The translations under genes were made by a program, and so were the position numbers. A stretch of 63,026 nucleotides of DNA, counting the filler, from Stramenopiles sp. TOSAG23-2 (lineage: Eukaryota), in assembly GCA_900128395.1 (NCBI GenBank). It is 9 parts of 9 records of this genome, joined end to end, with 100 filler letters (N's around TTAATTAATTAA, not from the genome) between each part and the next. Parts side by side here need not be neighbours in the genome. Positions count along the whole stretch, not along the records: positions 1 to 6,957 come from LT650379.1; positions 7,058 to 13,984 come from LT650380.1; 7 more parts are not named here. One strand, 5' to 3'. Positions within the stretch are counted from its first letter, which is position 1, and every line of letters begins with the position of its first letter. The notes under the pieces are model-generated. The model did not search any database, was not told the DNA's origin, and saw nothing but the letters and a program-made list of their open reading frames with translations. Positions 1 through 11,085 of the stretch are shown here, piece by piece.

Positions 1-204
1 GTATAATATGATATATGATGTGTTTGCGTTTGACATTTAATGAAAATAACTGCTGCTGTGTGGTGCTATTTAAACCAGTAAATATAAAGTATAGTTATTA
101 TTATTATTATAGTTATCTAAAAAATTATTTTAGTATATATGTACATATAAGCTTCAACATGAAATACAACAATTTAAATTCAAAATTTATAACAAAGAAT
201 AAAA

Positions 205-984
205 ATGAATACGACGACGACAAAGCCTGCCATTATTCAATTAGACGATGCATCTCGTTCTCCATCAAAAACGCTTTCGGAATATTGTAAAAATTGCTCA
301 AATGCTGTCACAAATGCATTAAATGAATTTCCAGTTGTACAAAAGACTGCTAATTGTAAAATTAGCCATGGCTTTGTAAAAGAAAATGCATTAATTTCTA
401 TGCTATGGACGACTACGTTTGAAAATCCACCAAACAATCTTTTGGACATATTTGAAGAATTATTTGGTGGGGATGGGGAAAATTTAAAGAAGCATGCGTT
501 AGAATGGGACAATACGTTTCATAATGCTGAGTTGATTGGTAAAATAGATTCTACAATTGCAGGTGATGATTTAAAAATGCCACCTCTGCTTGTTCAGTGG
601 CAATTCAATGCATCTCCTCTTGCGGGCAGGGAGATGGTATATGTAGTCAGTGCAAAAAAGGAAAAGCCAACAGCAAACGATAAATGGCTTTCAAGGATTA
701 CCTATTCATATGCAAGTGTCCATGATGATTGGATTCATTCTGTAACCAAACACAAAGTAAAGGCAACATCTGGCCGAACGCGTAGTATGAATTGTTTCCC
801 GAGTTGTGATCGAGTTACTGTATATAAAGAAAAAGTGCAGTTGGACCATATGATGACCACTGATATTGGAGGATGGGTTCCAACTTTTTGTTTCAATAAT
901 CTTTTCAAAGGAGCTTTAGTAGATGCAAATTGTCATGAGAGTGAAAGGATGCGGGCATATGCCTTGTCTTTGTGTACAACATAG
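205..984 (+). CDS. START/SRPBCC (lipid-binding) domain protein, copy 1
   Basis: 259-aa ORF with WDxxF, SPLAGREMVY, YASV and TDIGGWVP motifs typical of START domains. Confidence 0.65.
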   Translation: MNTTTTKPAIIQLDDASRSPSKTLSEYCKNCSNAVTNALNEFPVVQKTANCKISHGFVKENALISMLWTTTFENPPNNLLDIFEELFGGDGENLKKHALEWDNTFHNAELIGKIDSTIAGDDLKMPPLLVQWQFNASPLAGREMVYVVSAKKEKPTANDKWLSRITYSYASVHDDWIHSVTKHKVKATSGRTRSMNCFPSCDRVTVYKEKVQLDHMMTTDIGGWVPTFCFNNLFKGALVDANCHESERMRAYALSLCTT

Positions 985-1300
985 TTAGTAGAGGAGTTTT
1001 TTTTTTGCCATATTTTTACAATTGTTATTATATATTTTATTATATAATAATAATAATAAATAAGGTAAAATAAAAACTTGTTTTTTTCTCAGTGATATTT
1101 CCATGCTAATAGAACGAATCTTTTTAATATCTTCTTATTATTTTATTAATAATAATTAATTCTTTTTTAAATATCTTTTGAAACAAAGAAAAAATAAATG
1201 GAGAAAGGAATACACAACAAAAACCATGGATCATTTTGATTTTAATTTACATAATTGTCATTTATACCAGCTAGTTATCGTCGTCAAAGTGTAGTAGATC

Positions 1301-2299
1301 ATGGCAACAACGACGATTGGTTTTATTGGACTTGGTGCCATGGGAAAAGGAATGGCAACATCAATATTAAAAAAACATTGTAAAAATAGTGCCATGTTTC
1401 AAGCAATGTATATATACGATATGAATGTTAACTCTATAAATCATTTTCTTGAAAATGATTCTATAATTAAAGCAGAAAAAAGTTTTATACGTCCAGCTAG
1501 TTCGCTTCAAGACATAAGTAATCATTGTAATATCATTTTATTATCATTGCCTGAAGATGCAGTTGTTCAAACTGTAAATAAAATAATGGAAAATAAAAAT
1601 AAACAAAATAATTTAACTATTATCGATACATCCACCACTTCAATCGAAATTTCAAAGGATTGTTCAAAAACTGCGAATGAAAATGATGCAAATTTCATCG
1701 ATGCGCCTGTAAGTGGTTTACCAGAAAGGGCTGTTGAAGGTGCATTGGTAAGTATGGTTGGTGGTCCATCTTGTATCTTGCATGATGAGATTGGCGTGAA
1801 GGAAGTCATACAATCATATTCAAAAGAAGATGGTGGTGTTGTACATGTTGGGAATGAAATCGGTTCTGGTCAAATTTGTAAATCATTAAATAATGTAATC
1901 TATAATATATCAATTGCAGCAATGGCAGAGAGTTTACCATTAGCAATGAAATTAGGCTTGGATCCAGAAAAAGTTATACAAGTTGTTAGTAATAGTAGTG
2001 GGTCGTCATTTGGCTTTAATAAATGGAGTATTGAATGTATTAATCGAAATTTTCATGATGGGTATGCAATGGGTGAAGCTGTGAAAGATTGGCATTTATT
2101 AGAGAAAATATCAAAAGAAAAAATTAACACTATTAGTAGTAGTGAAACATCATCGGCTCTTGGACCAGTGGCAGCTGCAGCACAAAATGTTTATTTCGAT
2201 ACATTGAATGAAATTGATGATGCAAAAGATTCACATAAAGGTATTATGATAAAACTTCATGAAAAAAGACTTGGTGTAAAAGTTATTAAACAGAAGTAA
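1301..2299 (+). CDS. NAD(P)-dependent beta-hydroxyacid dehydrogenase (3-hydroxyisobutyrate dehydrogenase family), copy 1
   Basis: IGFIGLGAMG Rossmann motif, FIDAPVSG, GSGQICKSLNN catalytic-Lys motif. Confidence 0.9.
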   Translation: MATTTIGFIGLGAMGKGMATSILKKHCKNSAMFQAMYIYDMNVNSINHFLENDSIIKAEKSFIRPASSLQDISNHCNIILLSLPEDAVVQTVNKIMENKNKQNNLTIIDTSTTSIEISKDCSKTANENDANFIDAPVSGLPERAVEGALVSMVGGPSCILHDEIGVKEVIQSYSKEDGGVVHVGNEIGSGQICKSLNNVIYNISIAAMAESLPLAMKLGLDPEKVIQVVSNSSGSSFGFNKWSIECINRNFHDGYAMGEAVKDWHLLEKISKEKINTISSSETSSALGPVAAAAQNVYFDTLNEIDDAKDSHKGIMIKLHEKRLGVKVIKQK

Positions 2300-2642
2300 A
2301 ATTTGTACGCTTGTTAATTTTTTAAGAGACAGCAGTGTGTGTTTTTTTTAACACTTTAAAATATTTTATAAATATGTCTTTTATATTTTTATAAATAATA
2401 TTTTTATTTTTAAATATTAATTTTATATAAATTCTTTCTGCCTCTGAAGCATTGACTCCCCATGTTTCAATGAAATGAAACAAAGCCTTTTGTGGTGTAC
2501 AAATTGTTAAACAGGGAAGTAAAATATTGTATTTTTTAGAGACGGCAGTGTGTGTTTTTTTTAACTTTTAAATTCTTTCTGCATCTGCTGTAGCATTGAC
2601 TCCCATGCTTCATCAATACTTGTACTCCCGGCATGGTCAAAG

Positions 2643-3101
2643 CTACTCCGGCTCTGCTTTTATCGGCGAAAGCCTACCTAAAGTATCGATTAGGTCAAAG
2701 CTAACCTTTGCTATTTTCCACTGTGAGACATCTGGATCATCACCTCGTAATGTACCAAGCCAAAGTACATCAATATCATGAGACATCTGGATCATCACCT
2801 CGTAATGTACCAAGCCAAAGTACATCAATATCATGGTTTGAAGAACAAAATTCATTTGATGGGTGCACAAAATTATAATTATATTTAACATTGACTGATA
2901 CATATAAATGCCTATCAGCATAAAATTTCGTTATTCTATCAGATGCTGTTCGCATTAGGGCTGTGGCATTGCGGCCATCTGGCGTTCGCATCAACGTTAG
3001 ATTTGCACTATTTTGGGATTTAAGTCCTAAAATATTGTAAATATCATCTGGAATAGCCAACATGGTAAATGCATCAACGCCTTTTATTCCTTTTAATTCC
3101 C
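2643..3101 (-). pseudogene. 5'-truncated, frameshifted partial copy of the 5689-6858 gene
   Basis: Matches the 3' part of 5689-6858, is cut at the duplication junction, and its frame is broken by the 55-bp duplication at 2724-2833. Confidence 0.8.
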
Positions 3102-3250
3102 CTGTGTGGTGCTATTTAAACCAGTAAATATAAAGTATAGTTATTATTATTATTATAGTTATCTAAAAAATTATTTTAGTATATATGTACATATAAGCTT
3201 CAACATGAAATACAACAATTTAAATTCAAAATTTATAACAAAGAATAAAA

Positions 3251-4030
3251 ATGAATACGACGACGACAAAGCCTGCCATTATTCAATTAGACGATGCATC
3301 TCGTTCTCCATCAAAAACGCTTTCGGAATATTGTAAAAATTGCTCGAATGCTGTCACAAATGCATTAAATGAATTTCCAGTTGTACAAAAGACAGCTAAT
3401 TGTAAAATTAGCCATGGCTTTGTAAAAGAAAATGCATTAATTTCTATGCTATGGACGACTACGTTTGAAAATCCACCAAACAATCTTTTGGACATATTTG
3501 AAGAATTATTTGGTGGGGATGGGGAAAATTTAAAAAAGCATGCGTTAGAATGGGACAATACGTTTCATAATGCTGAGTTGATTGGTAAAATAGATTCTAC
3601 AATTGCAGGTGATGAGTTAAAAATGCCACCTCTGCTTGTTCAGTGGCAATTCAATGCATCTCCTCTTGCGGGCAGGGAGATGGTATATGTAGTCAGTGCA
3701 AAAAAGGAAAAACCAACGGCAAACGATAAATGGCTTTCAAGGATTACCTATTCATATGCAAGTGTCCATGATGATTGGATTCATTCTGTAACCAAACACA
3801 AAGTAAAGGCAACATCTGGCCGAACGCGTAGTATGAATTGTTTCCCGAGTTGTGATCGAGTTACTGTATATAAAGAAAAAGTGCAGTTGGACCATATGAT
3901 GACCACTGATATTGGAGGATGGGTTCCAACTTTTTGTTTCAATAATCTTTTCAAAGGAGCTTTAGTAGATGCAAATTGTCATGAGAGTGAAAGGATGCGG
4001 GCATATGCCTTGTCTTTGTGTACAACATAG
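3251..4030 (+). CDS. START/SRPBCC domain protein, copy 2
   Basis: Identical to 205-984 except one D/E substitution. Confidence 0.65.
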   Translation: MNTTTTKPAIIQLDDASRSPSKTLSEYCKNCSNAVTNALNEFPVVQKTANCKISHGFVKENALISMLWTTTFENPPNNLLDIFEELFGGDGENLKKHALEWDNTFHNAELIGKIDSTIAGDELKMPPLLVQWQFNASPLAGREMVYVVSAKKEKPTANDKWLSRITYSYASVHDDWIHSVTKHKVKATSGRTRSMNCFPSCDRVTVYKEKVQLDHMMTTDIGGWVPTFCFNNLFKGALVDANCHESERMRAYALSLCTT

Positions 4031-4346
4031 TTAGTAGAGGAGTTTTTTTTTTGCCATATTTTTACAATTGTTATTATATATTTTATTATATAATAATAAT
4101 AATAAATAAGGTAAAATAAAAACTTGTTTTTTTCTCAGTGATATTTCCATGCTAATAGAACGAATCTTTTTAATATCTTCTTATTATTTTATTAATAATA
4201 ATTAATTCTTTTTTAAATATCTTTTGAAACAAAGAAAAAATAAATGGAGAAAGGAATACACAACAAAAACCATGGAGCATTTTGATTTTAATTTACATAA
4301 TTGTCATTTATACCAGCTAGTTATCGTCGTCAAAGTGTAGTAGATC

Positions 4347-5345
4347 ATGGCAACAACGACGATTGGTTTTATTGGACTTGGTGCCATGGGAAAAGGAATG
4401 GCAACATCAATATTAAAAAAACATTGTAAAAATAGTGCCATGTTTCAAGCAATGTATATATACGATATGAATGTTAACTCTATAAATCATTTTCTTGAAA
4501 ATGATTCTATGATTAAAGCAGAAAAGAGTTTTATACGTCCAGCTAGTTCGCTTCAAGACATAAGTAATCATTGTAATATCATTTTATTATCATTGCCTGA
4601 AGATGCAGTTGTTCAAACTGTAAATAAAATAATGGAAAATAAAAATAAACAAAATAATTTAACTATTATCGATACATCCACCACTTCAATCGAAATTTCA
4701 AAGGATTGTTCAAAAACTGCGAATGAAAATGATGCAAATTTCATCGATGCGCCTGTAAGTGGTTTACCAGAAAGGGCTGTTGAAGGTGCATTGGTAAGTA
4801 TGGTTGGTGGTCCATCTTGTATCTTGCATGATGAGATTGGCGTGAAGGAAGTCATACAATCATATTCAAAAGAAGATGGTGGTGTTGTACATGTTGGGAA
4901 TGAAATCGGTTCTGGTCAAATTTGTAAATCATTAAATAATGTAATCTATAATATATCAATTGCAGCAATGGCAGAGAGTTTACCATTAGCAATGAAATTA
5001 GGCTTGGATCCAGAAAAAGTTATACAAGTTGTTAGTAATAGTAGTGGGTCGTCATTTGGCTTTAATAAATGGAGTATTGAATGTATTAATCGAAATTTTC
5101 ATGATGGGTATGCAATGGGTGAAGCTGTGAAAGATTGGCATTTATTAGAGAAAATATCAAAAGAAAAAATTAACACTATTAGTAGTAGTGAAACATCATC
5201 GGCTCTTGGACCAGTGGCAGCTGCAGCACAAAATGTTTATTTCGATACATTGAATGAAATTGATGATGCAAAAGATTCACATAAAGGTATTATGATAAAA
5301 CTTCATGAAAAAAGACTTGGTGTAAAAGTTATTAAACAGAAGTAA
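4347..5345 (+). CDS. 3-hydroxyisobutyrate dehydrogenase-family protein, copy 2
   Basis: Identical to 1301-2299 except one I/M substitution. Confidence 0.9.
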   Translation: MATTTIGFIGLGAMGKGMATSILKKHCKNSAMFQAMYIYDMNVNSINHFLENDSMIKAEKSFIRPASSLQDISNHCNIILLSLPEDAVVQTVNKIMENKNKQNNLTIIDTSTTSIEISKDCSKTANENDANFIDAPVSGLPERAVEGALVSMVGGPSCILHDEIGVKEVIQSYSKEDGGVVHVGNEIGSGQICKSLNNVIYNISIAAMAESLPLAMKLGLDPEKVIQVVSNSSGSSFGFNKWSIECINRNFHDGYAMGEAVKDWHLLEKISKEKINTISSSETSSALGPVAAAAQNVYFDTLNEIDDAKDSHKGIMIKLHEKRLGVKVIKQK

Positions 5346-5688
5346 AATTTGTACGCTTGTTAATTTTTTAAGAGACAGCAGTGTGTGTTTTTTTTAACAC
5401 TTTAAAATATTTTATAAATATGTCTTTTATATTTTTATAAATAATATTTTTATTTTTAAATATTAATTTTATATAAATTCTTTCTGCCTCTGAAGCATTG
5501 ACTCCCCATGTTTCAATGAAATGAAACAAAGCCTTTTGTGGTGTACAAATTGTTAAACAGGGAAGTAAAATATTGTATTTTTTAGAGACGGCAGTGTGTG
5601 TTTTTTTTAACTTTTAAATTCTTTCTGCATCTGCTGTAGCATTGACTCCCATGCTTCATCAATACTTGTACTCCCGGCATGGTCAAAG

Positions 5689-6858
5689 CTACTCCGGCTC
5701 TGCTTTTATCGGCGAAAGCCTACCTAAAGTATCGATTAGGTCAAAGCTAACCTTTGCTATTTTCCACTGTGAGACATCTGGATCATCACCTCGTAATGTA
5801 CCAAGCCAAAGTACATCAATATCTTGGTTTGTAGAACAAAATTCATTTGATGGGTGCACAAAATTATAATTATATTTAACTTTGACTGATACATATAAAT
5901 GCCTATCAGTATAAAATTTCGTTAATCTATCAGATGCTGTTCGCACCATCGTTGGATTTGCACTATGTTGGGGTTTAAGTCCTAAAATATTGTAAATATC
6001 ATCTGGAATAGCCAACATAGTAAATGCATCAACGCCTTTTATTCCTTTTAATTCCCAATAAGAATCTATACCGAATGAATCGGTTTCATCTGCCAAAAAA
6101 TCTTCCAACAATTTATCTGGACTCTTACTATCGTAGAGATTTGGATCCTCTCTAATAATTTTTGATTTTGCTAATTCTTCAATATGTGTTTTCAAATTTT
6201 CATAATATGTTTTTGTATCTCTAAAAAATAATTGATGTCGTTGAACAATTGTTAAACCCTCCTCCGTATCTTTCAAAACATCATATATTTCAATGTCTCC
6301 ATCACGTGATTCCCCAACTTCTTCTCCTTCTCCCTCTACCAATGGTGGGATAACCATGCCACGTAATGCTGCTCTGTTTTCATCCGTAATTTGCGTGCCT
6401 ACGTCGAAATCTTTTACTTCACAATTGCTATCTTCGCCGTATTTTTTTATTAAGTATGGATTGGTCAACTCCAAGTAATTTGAAAGAGCATGTGAAGAAC
6501 CATTTAAAAAATTTTTTACTGACCACTGATCTACCTTGTACGGTACGTATGGCCAACTGTCGTCATGATTGAAAGTCACTTCTTGAGCAACTTGTAGCAT
6601 TCTCGTAACAATCATACGATTAAAAAACGAAAAGAAAGAATCGTTATTATATGTAAGCTTATACATATCCCAAAAATCATTTAATACTGGATGAATTTCA
6701 TGTTCTGGCAATATAAAAGCACCATTATCCACAACATCATTATCGTCTGAAGAAGAAGAAAATGCACGATGAATTCGTTGTGATGTTTGCAAAGGGCGCC
6801 TGCCGGACCTATGGATTTTCTGCTTGATTGTATTTACAACTCGTAGCATGTTTGTCAT
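5689..6858 (-). CDS. Hypothetical protein, probably mitochondrial; weak Tim44-like (MAIP1/Mba1-type) resemblance
   Basis: 389-aa ORF; Arg-rich, acid-free N-terminus ending RAFSSSS (presequence-like); NFLNGSSHAL and C-terminal WKIAKV resemble Tim44-like domain signatures. Confidence 0.5.
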   Translation of the reverse strand: MTNMLRVVNTIKQKIHRSGRRPLQTSQRIHRAFSSSSDDNDVVDNGAFILPEHEIHPVLNDFWDMYKLTYNNDSFFSFFNRMIVTRMLQVAQEVTFNHDDSWPYVPYKVDQWSVKNFLNGSSHALSNYLELTNPYLIKKYGEDSNCEVKDFDVGTQITDENRAALRGMVIPPLVEGEGEEVGESRDGDIEIYDVLKDTEEGLTIVQRHQLFFRDTKTYYENLKTHIEELAKSKIIREDPNLYDSKSPDKLLEDFLADETDSFGIDSYWELKGIKGVDAFTMLAIPDDIYNILGLKPQHSANPTMVRTASDRLTKFYTDRHLYVSVKVKYNYNFVHPSNEFCSTNQDIDVLWLGTLRGDDPDVSQWKIAKVSFDLIDTLGRLSPIKAEPE

Positions 6859-6957
6859 TTATATTATACTTAGACAAAACAATACTTTGTTATGTTTAGA
6901 TGTCTTCTTAATTATATACAGTATTTATTATTATTATTTTTATTAGTACATAATTTT

Positions 6958-7057
6958 NNNNNNNNNNNNNNNNNNNNNNNNNNNNNNNNNNNNNNNNNNN
7001 NTTAATTAATTAANNNNNNNNNNNNNNNNNNNNNNNNNNNNNNNNNNNNNNNNNNNN
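6958..7057. other. Artificial contig linker (N-run + TTAATTAATTAA + N-run); same linker at 13985-14084, 21001-21100, 28016-28115, 35028-35127, 42040-42139, 49045-49144, 56037-56136
   Basis: Identical 100-nt blocks with a central six-frame-stop 12-mer; flanking contig lengths decrease from 6957 to 6890. Confidence 0.98.
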
Positions 7058-7059
7058 CA

Positions 7060-9335
7060 AACGAATTAAGAGAACAAGAGAAAAAATTATGGACAGAGGA
7101 AAACCAGCGTTGGGGTAAAATTTCCCCAGAATTGAAAAACAAAGCTGGAAATTTACCAGCAATATTGTCACAAAATCTTCAACCATCTGCACCTTCACTT
7201 TCCGTTCGTCATGGTATTGTTAACATCATTCGTCCTGCTGGTTTTACTACTACTACTAATAATAATAATAATATTAAGAATACACAATTTGATAAAGATC
7301 CAAATGCTCAAGCAAAAAATTATGAAAAAATTACTAAAGGTAAATCAAAACTATCTGCATTAGGTAAAAAAATTGAAAAATTAAATATAAAAAAGGAACT
7401 CTTGGATGCAAAATCAGATGTGGAAATTGAAGCTGTTGCCATGAAAGTAATTGAAACAATGTCTGTTGAAGAATTAATAGGATCCATATTGGTTATTGGT
7501 GTATCTACATATGAATATAACAAAGAATTAGATCAATGTATACGCGATGGAAAAATCGGAGGAGTGTTTTTACATCGTGATATGACACCACGATCGCGTA
7601 AAAAGGAAACAATTAAAAAATATACAAATTGGTTAAATGAACGCGCTACATTGGCATTAGGGGAATATTTCCCATTAGTAGTAGCAAGCGATGATGAAGG
7701 TGGTCATTACAATAATTATCCATATGCATTTCAAGAATGGCCAAATAATTTAGGATTAGCTGCAGTCAATGATACTATTGCTGCACATCGTTTTGGATTG
7801 GAATATGGTAAAGAATTAAAATCCGTTGGCATCAATGTTGTATTTGGACCATGTATGGATGTCAATATTGAGCCTAAAAATCCAGTTATTGGACTTCGTT
7901 CATTTGGCTCTGCACCACATATGGTTGGAAAGTTAGGAAGTGCAGTTCTGAAAGGATTTTTAGATGCTGGTATTTATCCAACATTAAAGCATTTCCCAGG
8001 GCATGGACGTACAACGATGGATTCTCACATTAGTCTACCAACTATCAAAGCAAACCTAGAATCATTACAAGAAATTGAATTGAAGCCATTTCAAATGGCT
8101 ATCGACAATGGTGCCCCAATGATTATGTCTGGCCATTTAGTTGTCCCTGCATTGGAGAAAACAAAAAAAGATTGGCCAGCTACGTTTTCAAAAGCTATTT
8201 TAGATGATTTGTTACGGAAAAAAATGAAATTTAAAGGTGTCATTGTGACCGATTCATTAAGTATGCAAGGTGCTAAAAAAGCAGCAAAGAGCAATGATGA
8301 AGGTGCTGTATTTTTTAACTCACTAATGGCTGGGAACGATTTATTAATGGATAGCACATCGTTACATTGCGGCAAAGGACAATGGAATAAAGTAAATAAA
8401 TTTTTGTTGACTAAAATCAAGGAAAATGGTGACAATTTATTACGTCTGAAAGATGCAGCGAAGCGTGTTTTATCATTGCGTTTAAAGTTACGAAATAATA
8501 ATAATGATAAAAATCAAATAATCAATAAACCGTACGTACGTGGTAAAGAATTAGTACATCAATTACATCGTGTAGCGGTGACGATTATAAAAGATGACAA
8601 CAAAATGTTACCTTTGCAATCAAAATTACAAAGTGGGAAAAAAGTTGTTGTTATCATTCCAAATAGTATAAGCGTAAAAGCAACTGAGAAACGATTTGGG
8701 CATGGCAAAGCAACTATATTACATTTTTCTCAAGTAGTTACCTGCATAGAACGCCGTCATATAATAGATGCACTACGTGATGCAGATGCCATCATTTTTG
8801 TCGTCCATAATTATAATATATCACCAATGGTATTAATGCATGGTATACATTGTGGGATAAATTATTCCTATCCCCAATCAAATTTAAAAAATTACCAGTG
8901 GATCTACCATTTACAACGGAAAAAATGGTACAAGATAAGAGTATTAGTATACCACCATCGAGAGATGCCCAGTGTGGAAATGAACTTGTAAAAAAAGGTG
9001 TACCAATCAAATTAAATTCAAATGTCCAACCAACGGCTGGTAAACCAGGTGAATCCTGCGAAGCAGTTTGTTCAAGTGCAAATATGAAATGCGATCCAGC
9101 ACATTTTAATGCTGTGAATAATTGTAATACATTACAATCATTATTTAAATGCCAAGAATGTGCAGAAAACATGGGAATGGATCAACCAGCTCAAGTAAAG
9201 TCCAGCGCAAATAGATGGCCAAATAAATGTTTATATACTGGTGATATGACTACGGAGGTTGGTTTCCACGGTGTAGAACGTTGCAAGGCAAGTCATCCTG
9301 ATACAAAACGTTTATGCCCATGTACTAGTAAATAA
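7060..9335 (+). CDS. GH3 beta-N-acetylhexosaminidase (NagZ-like), 5'-truncated, with a frameshift near 8817-8830 into a C-terminal Cys-rich domain
   Basis: SDDEGG, KHFPGHGxxxxDSH, IMSGHL and VTDSLSM motifs; frame open from the contig edge; second frame encodes KKLPVDLP (GH3_C end) then GESCxxxC...RLCPC. Confidence 0.85.
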
Positions 9336-9815
9336 GAGAGTATTATATTAAATACGGAGAGTAAAAAAATGAATTAAACCAAAAAATAAAAAAAAATAAG
9401 TTCTGTTTTGATCAGTGGTACGTAGATTATTTGTTTTATTGTTGCATCATATTTTTGATTTTAGTGAGGAGAAAGTGGTTTTGTACAGCAGTGTCTAGGT
9501 CAGTGTACAGAGTTAAATGTTCCCAGTATGCGTGTATAAAAAATTAAATAATACGCAATGTTCGTAAAAAAATACCGCTTCGGGAATAAAATGGATTAAA
9601 CGAATTTTATACTGATATATGTGATTATACTCTTGAGAAACAAGAGATTGTTTTTTTTTAATATTTTTCGTAATGCCATATACTATAATACTTTCGTACG
9701 TATATACTTCGTATATATAAATATTACGAGTTCGTACTTTGTAAATACGAACTTCGTACCGAATGTAAAATACGAGTAAGAAGACAAAAAATACACACAC
9801 ACACACACAACGTTT

Positions 9816-10391
9816 TTAAACTCTTTGAGGTGGTATTTCAATTCCATATTGCGAAGTACATACTTCATTTATATATCGCTCTAAGCCATCACCACTTCTA
9901 GTATTGATTTCTATTACATGTAATCTATTGGGCGGAACTTCTGCTTTAGTTATTTCATCATATACCAATTGTTTACTGACATAATCTTCCGTTAATCTAC
10001 CTGGATCTGCTTCATTAAAGACATTTAATAATATGACAAACTTTGCAATTCGCAATGAACTTTCATGCATTAAATAATGAATTTTTTTCACATCGTCTGC
10101 AAGATGATCGGTAATATTAGCATTAATTACATACGTTACAACATCAATATTTGCATTTTCATATAACACTTTCCACAAATCATTCAATTCTTCTTTACCA
10201 GATAAATCCCATGTATGCAAATCGTATCTAAATCCATCTTTTGGCCGCATGATCACTTCATAATTAAATGCATCCGTACTATTAAAATCTGGAATAAATT
10301 GCCGTAATTTTAAATGATATAATAATGACGTTTTCCCTGACGATGCTGGACCAACTAATAATATATTTTTTTTACATATTTTTCCACCCAT
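9816..10391 (-). CDS. Arf-like small GTPase with atypical G3/G4 motifs
   Basis: MG N-terminus, GPASSGKTS P-loop, STDAFNYE switch I, WDLSGK, LWKVLY; 191 aa. Confidence 0.85.
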   Translation of the reverse strand: MGGKICKKNILLVGPASSGKTSLLYHLKLRQFIPDFNSTDAFNYEVIMRPKDGFRYDLHTWDLSGKEELNDLWKVLYENANIDVVTYVINANITDHLADDVKKIHYLMHESSLRIAKFVILLNVFNEADPGRLTEDYVSKQLVYDEITKAEVPPNRLHVIEINTRSGDGLERYINEVCTSQYGIEIPPQRV

Positions 10392-11085
10392 TCTTTGTTA
10401 GATTTTTTTATTATTATTGTATTATATTCTTTCTCTGCAGGATTAAATTGATTTATATATATATATACATACATACACGTTGTATAGAAATTACAAACAC
10501 GCTGATGCATTTGTATACATGTATTATATCTAATCATATTTATATATATATTTGTCATATCATAAAAAATAATAAAAACTTTTTTTTGTCTTTATTTTTG
10601 CTCAAATTCAATTGCATTTTTGAAACCAGAAATCCATATACATATGAATAGCAGGTAAAACAAGATCCAATATTAGACTTTCAAGAAATTGGTGTGGAAT
10701 AAATTTACGAATTTTTGACGAAATTTAACAATTTTTTTATATCAAGTTTCCTCTCATCAACAACAAACAACAACAAGTGGTACAAGTATTAATACTTTCA
10801 TGTGATTATTAGACGACTATCTATCTATATATCTAATCTATCTATATACTTTTAAAGTTTGAAAATTAGGATACGATCTACATGATTGAAACCAACTGAT
10901 GTGGTAGATTTATGTATTTTTGTATATGGTATTAATCTCTCTCTCTCTCTCTCTCTCTCTCGTTCTTTCTCTATATTATATTATCTTGTAGTATAGTTTG
11001 CAGAGGTGCATGAGAATATATATATTTGGTGATATATTGAAAATATCTCGCTTTTCTCTTTTGCTCTTTCTATTTTTTCGTCTTT

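Larger units (their letters stand above)
56..6056. repeat. Tandem duplication: copy 1 = 56-3101, copy 2 = 3102-6056
   Basis: Near-identical sequence at offset 3046. Copy 1 is longer by a 55-bp tandem duplication and a 36-bp insertion. The junction at 3101/3102 cuts the minus-strand gene. Confidence 0.95.

Noticed and set aside
2321-2608. Older nested ~210-bp-offset duplication in intergenic DNA
   Set aside because: Real but short and degenerate, with no sign of function or mobility
10937-10961. (CT)n and other microsatellites; poly-Asn/Asp tracts including the kinesin loop insert
   Set aside because: Ordinary low-complexity features of AT-rich protist genomes
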